Below, piece after piece: positions 40,903-49,523 of a stretch of DNA of 64,000 bases. A model generated the notes under the pieces. That model had not been told where the DNA came from. It searched no databases and saw only the letters and a program-made list of their open reading frames with translations. The DNA comes from an uncultured Chloroflexia bacterium (lineage in GTDB: Bacteria; Chloroflexota; Anaerolineae; Anaerolineales; UBA4823). A program made the position numbers and the translations under genes. Where the stretch lies: contig CAVZSS010000018.1 of NCBI GenBank assembly GCA_963777965.1, positions 64,928 to 128,927 of the forward strand. The letters run 5' to 3'. Within the stretch, counting starts at the first letter, position 1, and every line of letters begins with the position of its first letter.

Positions 40903-43900
40903 ATGATTACACCTGACTCTATGAATGATGGTATGCCTGCTCCTCCAGGCCAGGTTGCCCCGAAGAAGAAGATTCGCTGGGTAACCCCGTTTATATTCGA
41001 TGTTTTGCTGTTATTTGTCCTCCTCTTTGGAGGGTTGTTTCGTTTTGTTGGCCTGAAGTGGGGAGATTGGCAATATCTTCACCCGGATGAGCGTTTTCTG
41101 ATCTGGGTTGGTACGGATATTCAACCCATTGGGACACCTGCTGAAGCCCTTGGTACACCGCCGAATTCTGATAATATCCCATATCGGACAGCCTTTGGAG
41201 ATGCCTACCCCGATTGTGAAACCTGGGGCGGTTATTTTGATGCTTCATGCTCTCCGCTCAATCCAAACAACCGGGGCCATTCATTTTACGTGTATGGCAC
41301 CCTTCCCATGTTCCTCACCCGTTACGTGGTGCAGTGGATTTACGGTCATGCTGGTTTTAATGAAATGACTGTTGTTGGAAGGGTATTTTCCGCAATGGTG
41401 GATTTTCTGGCCATCCTTCTTGTGTATGCAATCGGCTCGCGGGTATTTAACAAGCCGGTGGGCCTGCTGGCGGCTGCTTTTTCTGCCTTCACCGTGCTGA
41501 ACATCCAGCAGTCCCACTTTTTCACCATGGATACCTTCTCCAACTTCTTCACCTTGTTGGCGGTCTATTTTGCGGTCAGGATTGGTTTGACGGAGGGCAT
41601 ATCCACAGTCGATCAAGGGCAAAACCTTGATCGACTCCTCTCCGGATCCACGGATATAGAAGATAACTCAGGACCGCAAACATTTCTCTCCCGCATCACC
41701 CAATTTATCAAACATCCATTCTTTGGGTTTTCCGTTGCCTTCGGGATTGCACTTGGCTGTGCAGTCGCCTCCAAGCTGAATTCAGCCCCGGTGGCTTTCG
41801 TGCTCCCTGTGGCGTTTGGGGTGATTCTTTGGAAAAAATCAGCCCATGAACGCACAGGTTGGTTGGTGAAAGCTGTCGTTTACATGGGCATCGCTGCCTT
41901 TGTGAGTATCCTGGTCTTTCGAATTTTTCAGCCCTATGCCTTTTATGGTCCCGGTTTCTTTGGCGTCCGTCCAAATCCCCAGTGGGTTGCAAATATTAAA
42001 GAGCAGCGCAATCAGGCTGCAGGTGATGTGGATTTTCCGCCCTCCCTTCAGTGGGCACGCCGTCCAGTCTGGTTCTCTGCCCAGAACTTGATCGAATGGG
42101 GATTGGGTATACCCCTGGGAATCCTGGCGTTCATTGGTTTCATTTGGGCTGGGTGGCGTATGATTAAAGGGGATTGGACACGCCATATCTTGTTATGGTT
42201 GTGGGGCGGCTTCTACTTCACATGGCAATCCTTGCAATTTAACCCGACCATGCGCTACCAGATGCCCACCTACCCCATCTTGGTGATTTATGCTGGGTGG
42301 GCAGTGGTGGAGATATGGAATTACCGAAAGCAGACGAAAAACCAGGGATTTACCGAGGCAAGCAATCCTCGCAGACTTACGCCCGGCTGGCCCCGTTGGG
42401 TATCCATCCTGGTTGGCGGCGCTGTTCTCATTGCTACTTTTCTCTGGGCGTTCAGTTTCAGCCAGATTTATTCCCGCCCAATCACTCGTGTGGCCGCCTC
42501 TGACTGGATTTACCAAAATATCCCTGGACCTATTAATCTGCACATCCAGGGAAAGGACGAAACTTACAACCAGCCCCTTTCAATCCCATATGGCAGCACA
42601 GTCCAACCGGGTGTGCCGTACCAAATGATGTTCACTGCCAATGCCAGTGGCACGCTCAACGAAGTTTACCTGGCACATATCCTCGACATTCAGGCTTTGC
42701 AGCCTGCTGCCTTGAATGTCACTCTTGCAGGATTTCCCGATGGAACTGTGCCGCTTATGTCAGCCGTGATCGCTGTATCGCCCCCGAAAGTGGATGATGC
42801 ATCGCCGGCTGGATACCAATTGAATTTTAATACTCCGGTAGCCGTGGAAGCAGGCCAAGTTTATTACCTGTTGCTAACCCTTGCTGCAGGGGAGCAAGCA
42901 CTGGATGCTTGCGGGGCTGTAGGTTTTATCATTAAGACCCCCACCGAGCTGATGACGCAGACAGTAGCAGGCTCGGAGCAGTGTGTGATCAGCCTGGAGA
43001 CACCTTTTGTCCTTGCCATCAACCCTCTGGAAAGCGGATTGTTGGAAGGGGTTGTTCTTAGTAAGCTGGATGACCATACCCCTGCCTCCACTCCCAAGAC
43101 CTTGCAACTCACCATTGGGTCTTCCGGTGACGACCAGGTGATTGCAACCGCCAGCCTCACCGCAGACTTCACCCAAGGGGCTGAAAGTGGAGGGGCTGGA
43201 TATACCATGCTCCTCAACCATCCGGTCAACCTTGAAAAAGGTAACAACTATCGCTTGTCCCTGGCCTTGGAATCAGACCGCGGCATGATCAGCGTGCGTG
43301 GTTCTGCGGTTGCGAACGAAGGGGATTGGGATGATGGGCTGCCGCTGCGTGTGGATGGCTATGACGCTTTTGGAGGAATTTATCCGCCGGGCTTGAACTT
43401 CAACATGTATACCGATGATAGCCTGGAGAAGCTGGAGCATTTTATTAATATCTACGACCAGGCTGAGTACATCCTGGTCAGCTCCAACCGCCAGTGGGGT
43501 TCATTGCCACGCCTGCCCGAGCGTTTTCCAATGACTACCCTGCATTATCGCCATCTATTGGGGTGCCCCGAGAACCGCTCCATTTATTGGTGTTACAGCG
43601 TCGCCCAACCCGGTATTTTCCATGGTGACCTTGGTTTCGACCTGGTGGAAATATTCCAATCAGACCCGGTGATCGGTTCCTTACCGATCAACGACCAGTT
43701 TGCCGAGGAAGCGTTCACGGTCTATGACCATCCAAAAGTTCTCGTCTTCCATAAAAACGAGGCTTATAACACCGAACAAGCCAATAAAATCCTGAGCCAG
43801 GCAAATTTCACCGAGATGGTGCGCATTACTCCCAAGAAAGCTGCCTACCACCCTGCCAACCTGAAATTTCCTGATACTCGCCTGGCTGCACAGACGGATG

Positions 43901-45570
43901 GCGGCACCTGGTCGGATTTGTTTAACTCGCAGGGATGGCAGAACCGCTACCAGGTACTGGGGGTTATCGCCTGGTATATTTCAGTAAGCTTGTTGGGCTT
44001 GCTGGTGTATCCCCTGCTGAGAGTTACCCTGCCTGGCTTACCTGACCATGGATATCCACTCATCCGCACGGCCGGGATGCTAGTTTTGGCTTACTTTACC
44101 TGGCTGGCGGGATCGGTAAACATTCCCTTCAATCGGCTGACGATCACAATTGTGATTCTGCTGATTGCCATGCTTGGAGCTTTCTCTGGCTTATCGCCAG
44201 CGGATGAACTACGCAAGGAATGGCATTCAAAACGGGGATATTTCCTGATCATTGAAGGTTTAGTCCTGGCATTCTTCCTCATTTTCCTGTTCATCCGCTT
44301 AGGAAATCCCGATCTATGGCACCCATGGAAGGGTGGCGAGAAGCCGATGGATTTTTCCTATTTCAATGCTGTATTAAAAAGCACAACCTTTCCACCTTAC
44401 GATCCTTGGTACGCCGGTGGATACATGAATTACTATTATTGGGGCTATGTCTTTGTGGGTGTGCTGGTTAAGGAATTGGGCATCGTCCCGTCGTTTGCAT
44501 ATAACCTGATCATCCCCACCCTTTTCTGTATGGTCACGATGGGAGCATTCTCCATCGGTTACAACCTGAGCCGCTCACGCAGCATGGAGGACAAATCTCC
44601 AGGCACAGAGATTGATGGACTGTCACCTCCAAAATCCAAATGGCAGCCTTACCTTATTGGGCTGGCAGCTGCATTTGGCATGTCTATCCTCGGCAACCTG
44701 GGCACGATACGCATGATCATTAAAGGCTGGCAGCAGATAGGTGTTCCAGGTGGGTTGACCGAAAGCACTGGTTTCTTCACCCGCTTAATGGGCGTGCCTC
44801 TCGGGCTGTATCAAAACGTGATCCAGGGTGCAAAAATGCCTTATAGCATAGGAGATTGGTATTGGCTTCCAAGCCGGGCGATTCCCGCCCCAGGTGATGT
44901 GGAACCGATTACCGAGTTTCCCCTATTCACTTTTCTCTATGGAGACCTGCATGCTCACATGATTGCCCTGGCAATTGCCATGCTTGCCCTCACCTGGGTG
45001 GTGGCTGTGCTGATGGGCAAAGCACGCTGGCAGAATATTGGGGTGGGGGTTATGGGTATCCTCTTGGGCGGCCTGGCAATTGGAGCTCTCTACCCGACCA
45101 ATCTATCCGATATCTATACCTACCTGCCCATCGGGATGGTTGTTTTTGGATACGCCATATTCCGTTATGCGGATGTTGGTATTTTTTCCAGGTTACCGCA
45201 GGTCAGCCTCACCTTAAAACGCCTCATCCTGGCTGGTACCGGGATGCTCTTGCTGGTTGTGGCTGCTTATGGTTTATATCTTCCTTACCGGTTATGGTAT
45301 GCCCAGGGGTACAGCTCAATCATTCCCTGGTTTGGAACCCACACGCCTCTTTGGGCATACTTGACCCATTGGGGTTTATTCCTTTTTGTGATCGTTTCCT
45401 GGATGGTCTGGGAAACCCGCCAATGGATGGCATATACACCGCTTACCTCCTTGCGCAAGCTTGAAAAATTCAGCGGGTTAATCATCCTGCTATTGGTCAT
45501 CCTCTTCCTGGTCTGCCTGCTCTTAAGTATCAGGATACCCGGAATAGAAAGCACTCAGCTTGCTGAGTAA
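40903..45570 (+). CDS. very large membrane protein: GT-C-like N-terminus, ~500-aa soluble middle, Chlor_Arch_YYY (DUF2298) domain
   Basis: 1555-aa ORF with HPDERFLIW in the first loop, then later WKGGEKPMDFSYFNAVLKSTTFPPYDPWYAGGYMNYYYWGYVFVG, the YYY signature. Confidence 0.75.
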   Translation: MITPDSMNDGMPAPPGQVAPKKKIRWVTPFIFDVLLLFVLLFGGLFRFVGLKWGDWQYLHPDERFLIWVGTDIQPIGTPAEALGTPPNSDNIPYRTAFGDAYPDCETWGGYFDASCSPLNPNNRGHSFYVYGTLPMFLTRYVVQWIYGHAGFNEMTVVGRVFSAMVDFLAILLVYAIGSRVFNKPVGLLAAAFSAFTVLNIQQSHFFTMDTFSNFFTLLAVYFAVRIGLTEGISTVDQGQNLDRLLSGSTDIEDNSGPQTFLSRITQFIKHPFFGFSVAFGIALGCAVASKLNSAPVAFVLPVAFGVILWKKSAHERTGWLVKAVVYMGIAAFVSILVFRIFQPYAFYGPGFFGVRPNPQWVANIKEQRNQAAGDVDFPPSLQWARRPVWFSAQNLIEWGLGIPLGILAFIGFIWAGWRMIKGDWTRHILLWLWGGFYFTWQSLQFNPTMRYQMPTYPILVIYAGWAVVEIWNYRKQTKNQGFTEASNPRRLTPGWPRWVSILVGGAVLIATFLWAFSFSQIYSRPITRVAASDWIYQNIPGPINLHIQGKDETYNQPLSIPYGSTVQPGVPYQMMFTANASGTLNEVYLAHILDIQALQPAALNVTLAGFPDGTVPLMSAVIAVSPPKVDDASPAGYQLNFNTPVAVEAGQVYYLLLTLAAGEQALDACGAVGFIIKTPTELMTQTVAGSEQCVISLETPFVLAINPLESGLLEGVVLSKLDDHTPASTPKTLQLTIGSSGDDQVIATASLTADFTQGAESGGAGYTMLLNHPVNLEKGNNYRLSLALESDRGMISVRGSAVANEGDWDDGLPLRVDGYDAFGGIYPPGLNFNMYTDDSLEKLEHFINIYDQAEYILVSSNRQWGSLPRLPERFPMTTLHYRHLLGCPENRSIYWCYSVAQPGIFHGDLGFDLVEIFQSDPVIGSLPINDQFAEEAFTVYDHPKVLVFHKNEAYNTEQANKILSQANFTEMVRITPKKAAYHPANLKFPDTRLAAQTDGGTWSDLFNSQGWQNRYQVLGVIAWYISVSLLGLLVYPLLRVTLPGLPDHGYPLIRTAGMLVLAYFTWLAGSVNIPFNRLTITIVILLIAMLGAFSGLSPADELRKEWHSKRGYFLIIEGLVLAFFLIFLFIRLGNPDLWHPWKGGEKPMDFSYFNAVLKSTTFPPYDPWYAGGYMNYYYWGYVFVGVLVKELGIVPSFAYNLIIPTLFCMVTMGAFSIGYNLSRSRSMEDKSPGTEIDGLSPPKSKWQPYLIGLAAAFGMSILGNLGTIRMIIKGWQQIGVPGGLTESTGFFTRLMGVPLGLYQNVIQGAKMPYSIGDWYWLPSRAIPAPGDVEPITEFPLFTFLYGDLHAHMIALAIAMLALTWVVAVLMGKARWQNIGVGVMGILLGGLAIGALYPTNLSDIYTYLPIGMVVFGYAIFRYADVGIFSRLPQVSLTLKRLILAGTGMLLLVVAAYGLYLPYRLWYAQGYSSIIPWFGTHTPLWAYLTHWGLFLFVIVSWMVWETRQWMAYTPLTSLRKLEKFSGLIILLLVILFLVCLLLSIRIPGIESTQLAE

Positions 45571-45578
45571 ATTACCCT

Positions 45579-46493
45579 TTGGGAGAGGCGCAACCCTGGC
45601 TTGGGTTATCCTGCCGCTTGGCCACCTGGGCGGGGGTCTTGCTGATACGACCAGGGATGCCGGATGCCAAGCGGCTGGTCCTTTTTTGGGTGGGGACCGG
45701 GCTGTTAATCACGTTAATGGTCGAAGTGGTCGTGGTCAGGGGAGATATTGGCCGCATGAATACCGTGTTCAAGTTCTACCTGCATTCGTGGGTGCTGTTT
45801 GCCTTGAGCGCAGCGGCTGCCCTTGGCTGGTTGCTCGAGCCGGTCCGCCATTGGCTTACAGGTTGGCGGGTTGCCTGGCGGGTGGTATTCGCAGCCCTGG
45901 TAATTTGCACTGCCCTGTTCACCCTGTATGGCAGCTTGGCGAAGATTCAAGACCGTTGGGTACCCAACGCGCCTCATACCCTGGACGGTATGGCTTATAT
46001 GCCATTCACCTCGTATTATGAGAGTTATCCAAAGGTTAGCGAGTCAGCACCGGTTGATGCAGAAGGTATAACCATGGATTTAAGCCAGGATTACCGCGCC
46101 ATCCGCTGGATGCAGGAAAATATCCAGGGCTCACCTGTGATTGTGGAAGCCATCTCTCGTAATTTATACCGCTGGTATACTCGTTTTACCATCAACACCG
46201 GCCTGCCTGGGGTAGTCGGTTGGGAATGGCATGAGCAGCAGCAGCGTGCTGTCAATCCGCCCGATTGGGTAACAAAGCGGGTGAGTGATATTGATCAGTT
46301 CTATAATACTGTGGATACAGACATAACCAGGCAATTTATAAACTTGTACGGAGTGAAATATATCGTCCTTGGGCAGCTCGAAGGTGTCACCTATCCCGGA
46401 CCTGGGCTCGATAAATTCCCGGCTTTTAACGGCATCTTATGGAATGAGGTTTACCGGGATGCAAACACGGTCATCTATGAGGTGATTCAATGA
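45579..46493 (+). CDS. C-terminal module of YYY-domain protein (TM segments + soluble domain), separate ORF in this assembly
   Basis: 304-aa ORF containing RGDIGRMNTVFKFYLHSW. It is paralogous to 48237..49136 (DSFGVRMNTVFKFYYQAW), and both share GWEWHEQQQR / GWAVHESQWR. Confidence 0.65.
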   Translation: MGEAQPWLGLSCRLATWAGVLLIRPGMPDAKRLVLFWVGTGLLITLMVEVVVVRGDIGRMNTVFKFYLHSWVLFALSAAAALGWLLEPVRHWLTGWRVAWRVVFAALVICTALFTLYGSLAKIQDRWVPNAPHTLDGMAYMPFTSYYESYPKVSESAPVDAEGITMDLSQDYRAIRWMQENIQGSPVIVEAISRNLYRWYTRFTINTGLPGVVGWEWHEQQQRAVNPPDWVTKRVSDIDQFYNTVDTDITRQFINLYGVKYIVLGQLEGVTYPGPGLDKFPAFNGILWNEVYRDANTVIYEVIQ

Positions 46494-48307
46494 TCCAGGT
46501 ATTGGTTTGGTGGTTGATCATGCAGGTGCTGGGTTGGTTGGCATTTCCAACCGCTATGCGTATTTTCCGCTGGCTGCCTGATCGTGGTTATACGTTTTCC
46601 AAATCGCTTGGGCTATTATTGATCAGCTATATCCTGTGGATCGGGGCAAGCACCGGCCTGTTAGCCAACAACCTGGGGGGTATCCTGTTTTCCATTATTA
46701 TCCTGGCAGGTATCTCCGCCTGGTTTTACTTTCGCTGCAAGGGCAGCCTTCTCCCGGATATACGGGTATTTGTGCGCGATAAATGGAAGCTGATCCTGAC
46801 AGTTGAGCTGCTTTTTGCACTTGCCCTGGTGGGATGGTCATTATTGCGAGCATACGCTCCATATAAAATCGAGCCTACCGGTGGCGAAAAGTTTATGGAA
46901 ATCGCCTTCCAGAATGCCATTTTACGCAGTGAAAACTTCCCGCCACTAGATTCTTGGTTGTCAGGCTTTGCAATCTCTTATTATTACTTTGGTTACACAA
47001 TGATGGCACTGCTGACACGCTTGTCTGGAGCGGTCCCTGGTGTGGGATTTGACCTGTATGATGCCCTGCTTTTCGCCCTCGCTCTGATCGGGTCATTTGG
47101 GGTCGTGTATAACCTGGTGGCATTCACGCGCCAGTCTCGTCGTAAGCAAGACGAAGCTGCTCCACGCCAGGGCCCACCCCTGGCGGCAGGTATATTGGGT
47201 GGGTTGTTGGTTACAGTGATGGGCAACCTGGAAGGTGCGCTGGAATCATTGCATGCCTGGGGAGTGCTACCTGAAAGATTTTGGGCCTGGATTGATATCC
47301 CTGGATTGGCAGGCGCACCTGTAATTCACTCCTGGTACCCCGGTGAGGTGTTCATGTGGTGGTGGCGCGCTTCGCGTGTCTTGGCTGATAAAAATCTTAC
47401 TGGGCTGGATATGGGCGTTCAACCCATCGACGAATTCCCCTTTTTTAGCTTCCTGTTGGGTGATAACCACCCGCATGTTCTGGCACTGCCATTTGTCTTA
47501 TTGGCAATCGGGCTGGCTCTGAATCTATTTTTACGGCAGACGAGCAAGGCAGGGAATGTCTCAACAAACGCTAGCGATGGTTTCGAACCTATCAACCTCA
47601 GGCAGTGGTGGAATCCACCCGCTTTTACCCTCGCTAACGATTGGATGCTGTTTATTTTCTCTGCCTTGATCCTTGGTGCGTTGGGCTTCTTGAATACCTG
47701 GGACCTGCCGATTTACCTGGGTTTGGTGATGCTGGCTTATGGTTTGGGTGCTCTCATGGTGAAAGGCCGCCTGGATCGAGATGTCATCTTACGCTCTATG
47801 ATCCTCGGCCTGGGCTTGGGAATCCTTTCGGGGCTGATGTATGCCTTTTTCTACCTTAGTTTTAGCTCGCAAGCTGCGGGTATCTTGCCTTATATCTTCC
47901 CTCCCACACGTTTGCCTCAATATCTGGTCATGTTTGGCACCTTCATCTTCCTTGTGGCAAGCTTCCTGGTGATTTACTTAATAAAACAAAGCCACGAAAA
48001 TGGCGGGGTAATAAAATCAGCCTTAAACTGGTTGTGGCGCATCCTCTTGATATGTATCGGATCATATTTGGTGATCCAGTTATTAATTGCCCTGGTGCTC
48101 TTCCTCCAGAAATTGATACCGGACAGCACGATGCTGGTAACCATCCAATCCGTACTGGGTGGGTACAGCTTAGGCCAGGCTTTTATTGCCAGTGTGAGCG
48201 CCCGGTTGCGCGACCCTTGGCTCTTGCTGATGATTTGTGCTCTGCTGGCACTGGTCATGGCTAACCTGGGCAGCTTGCTGCGTCGAACGTGCAAAGCCTG
48301 GGGATGA
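46490..48307 (+). CDS. Chlor_Arch_YYY (DUF2298) domain membrane protein
   Basis: 605 aa with GGEKFMEIAFQNAILRSENFPPLDSWLSGFAISYYYFGYTMMALL and DEFPFFSFLLGDNHPH. Confidence 0.8.
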   Translation: MIQVLVWWLIMQVLGWLAFPTAMRIFRWLPDRGYTFSKSLGLLLISYILWIGASTGLLANNLGGILFSIIILAGISAWFYFRCKGSLLPDIRVFVRDKWKLILTVELLFALALVGWSLLRAYAPYKIEPTGGEKFMEIAFQNAILRSENFPPLDSWLSGFAISYYYFGYTMMALLTRLSGAVPGVGFDLYDALLFALALIGSFGVVYNLVAFTRQSRRKQDEAAPRQGPPLAAGILGGLLVTVMGNLEGALESLHAWGVLPERFWAWIDIPGLAGAPVIHSWYPGEVFMWWWRASRVLADKNLTGLDMGVQPIDEFPFFSFLLGDNHPHVLALPFVLLAIGLALNLFLRQTSKAGNVSTNASDGFEPINLRQWWNPPAFTLANDWMLFIFSALILGALGFLNTWDLPIYLGLVMLAYGLGALMVKGRLDRDVILRSMILGLGLGILSGLMYAFFYLSFSSQAAGILPYIFPPTRLPQYLVMFGTFIFLVASFLVIYLIKQSHENGGVIKSALNWLWRILLICIGSYLVIQLLIALVLFLQKLIPDSTMLVTIQSVLGGYSLGQAFIASVSARLRDPWLLLMICALLALVMANLGSLLRRTCKAWG

Positions 48308-49136
48308 GGTAACAGAGGACGTTACATCCGCGCACACTATCAGCAGTGACCCATTTGTTTTCCTGCTCATCTTTACCGGCCTGGCGCTTACCCTGATCGT
48401 TGAGTTTATCTACCTCCGTGATAGCTTCGGTGTGCGTATGAACACTGTGTTTAAGTTCTACTACCAGGCATGGGTGATGCTGGGTTGTGCCAGCGCCTAT
48501 GCTGTTTGGTGGATTTTGAACCGCTTGGAGAGACCAGCCAGCCGTCTCCTGTTCTTGCTTGTAGCTGTTATTTTAATTGGCCTTGGAATGGTTTATCCGC
48601 TAATGGCTATCCCCAGCCGGGCAGCTGATTTTAAAGGACCAGCCAACTTGGATGGAGCAAGCACGGTGGCCAGGAATAATCCCGACGATTGGGCTGCCAT
48701 CCAGTGGTTGAATGAAAATGCCCTCGAAGGTCTCCCATCTGGGAAGGTGCCGGTCATCCTGGAAGCACCCAGTGTCCCACCGGGGGGCGGCTCATATACC
48801 TACGAGGGCAGGATCAGCGCTTTTAGCGGCTTCCCCACCTTGCTCGGATGGGCGGTTCACGAAAGCCAGTGGCGCGGTAATTATGACGAGCAAGGCAAAC
48901 GTGAACCCGACATTGCCACCATCTATACCACCTCAGATGCCCAAACCGCCTTGGATTTGCTGCACAAGTGGAATGTGAGTTATCTCATTCTCGGCAGCCC
49001 TGAGCTCAGCTATATTCAACGTTTATGCAGCCAGCCTGAGCGAGGTTGCACCATGAGCACTGCCCTGCGAAAGTTTGAGCGTGTGTTTCAGCCCGTCTTT
49101 AGCCAGGGGCAGACGACAATCTACAGGGTTCCATAA
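48237..49136 (+). CDS. C-terminal module of the second YYY-domain protein, separate overlapping ORF in this assembly
   Basis: 299-aa ORF overlapping the previous one by 71 nt in another frame. The only in-frame start is GTG 48237. It is a paralog of 45579..46493. Confidence 0.65.
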   Translation: MLCWHWSWLTWAACCVERAKPGDEVTEDVTSAHTISSDPFVFLLIFTGLALTLIVEFIYLRDSFGVRMNTVFKFYYQAWVMLGCASAYAVWWILNRLERPASRLLFLLVAVILIGLGMVYPLMAIPSRAADFKGPANLDGASTVARNNPDDWAAIQWLNENALEGLPSGKVPVILEAPSVPPGGGSYTYEGRISAFSGFPTLLGWAVHESQWRGNYDEQGKREPDIATIYTTSDAQTALDLLHKWNVSYLILGSPELSYIQRLCSQPERGCTMSTALRKFERVFQPVFSQGQTTIYRVP

Positions 49137-49152
49137 GTGCTATTCGTAATAA

Positions 49153-49431
49153 ATAATTGAAGGGTTAGCCGCTCAGGACGACAGCCCAACTTTACTGCGA
49201 GGAACGGCCACCTTTACCGCGACGATAAAGGACGGCACCAGCGTGCTCTACACCTGGGATTTTGATGCTGGGATCACGATGACCGGGCAGGTGGTGGCAC
49301 ATGTCTATCAATTCCCCGGGGAGTATGCTGTTACTGTAACGGCTACGAATTCTCTGGGCTTTGTAAGTGCTGAGACGGTGGCGGTCATTAAGCCATTGAG
49401 CTTTTTCTTTCCGTTCACATTCAAGGTATAG
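49153..49431 (+). pseudogene. orphan PKD-domain fragment (no start codon, no signal peptide)
   Basis: The frame opens at 49153 and reads ...PTLLRGTATFTATIKDGTSVLYTWDFDAGITMTGQVVAHVYQFPGEYAVTVTATNSLGFVSAETVAVIKP. This is one PKD repeat (WDFGDG-like, HxY, GxYxVxLxxTN). Confidence 0.5.
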
Positions 49432-49457
49432 GATTTACCTTTTCTCAGATCGTCCAT

Positions 49458-49490
49458 GGGGTTGGCAATAATTTGCCAACCCCGAAACTT
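49458..49490 (+). terminator. perfect 11-bp hairpin terminator
   Basis: GGGGTTGGCAA-TAAT-TTGCCAACCCC followed by GAAACTTTT. Confidence 0.55.
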
Positions 49491-49523
49491 TTAATACTGA
49501 GGGTATAATACGGTCGATAATTT

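Noticed and set aside
45560-46021. 153-aa ORF in a third frame over the YYY C-terminal module
   Set aside because: Only its first ~20 codons (…GRGATLAWVILPL) look like genuine membrane-protein sequence relevant to the junction. The rest is Gly/Arg-rich alternative-frame text of ORF 45579..46493.
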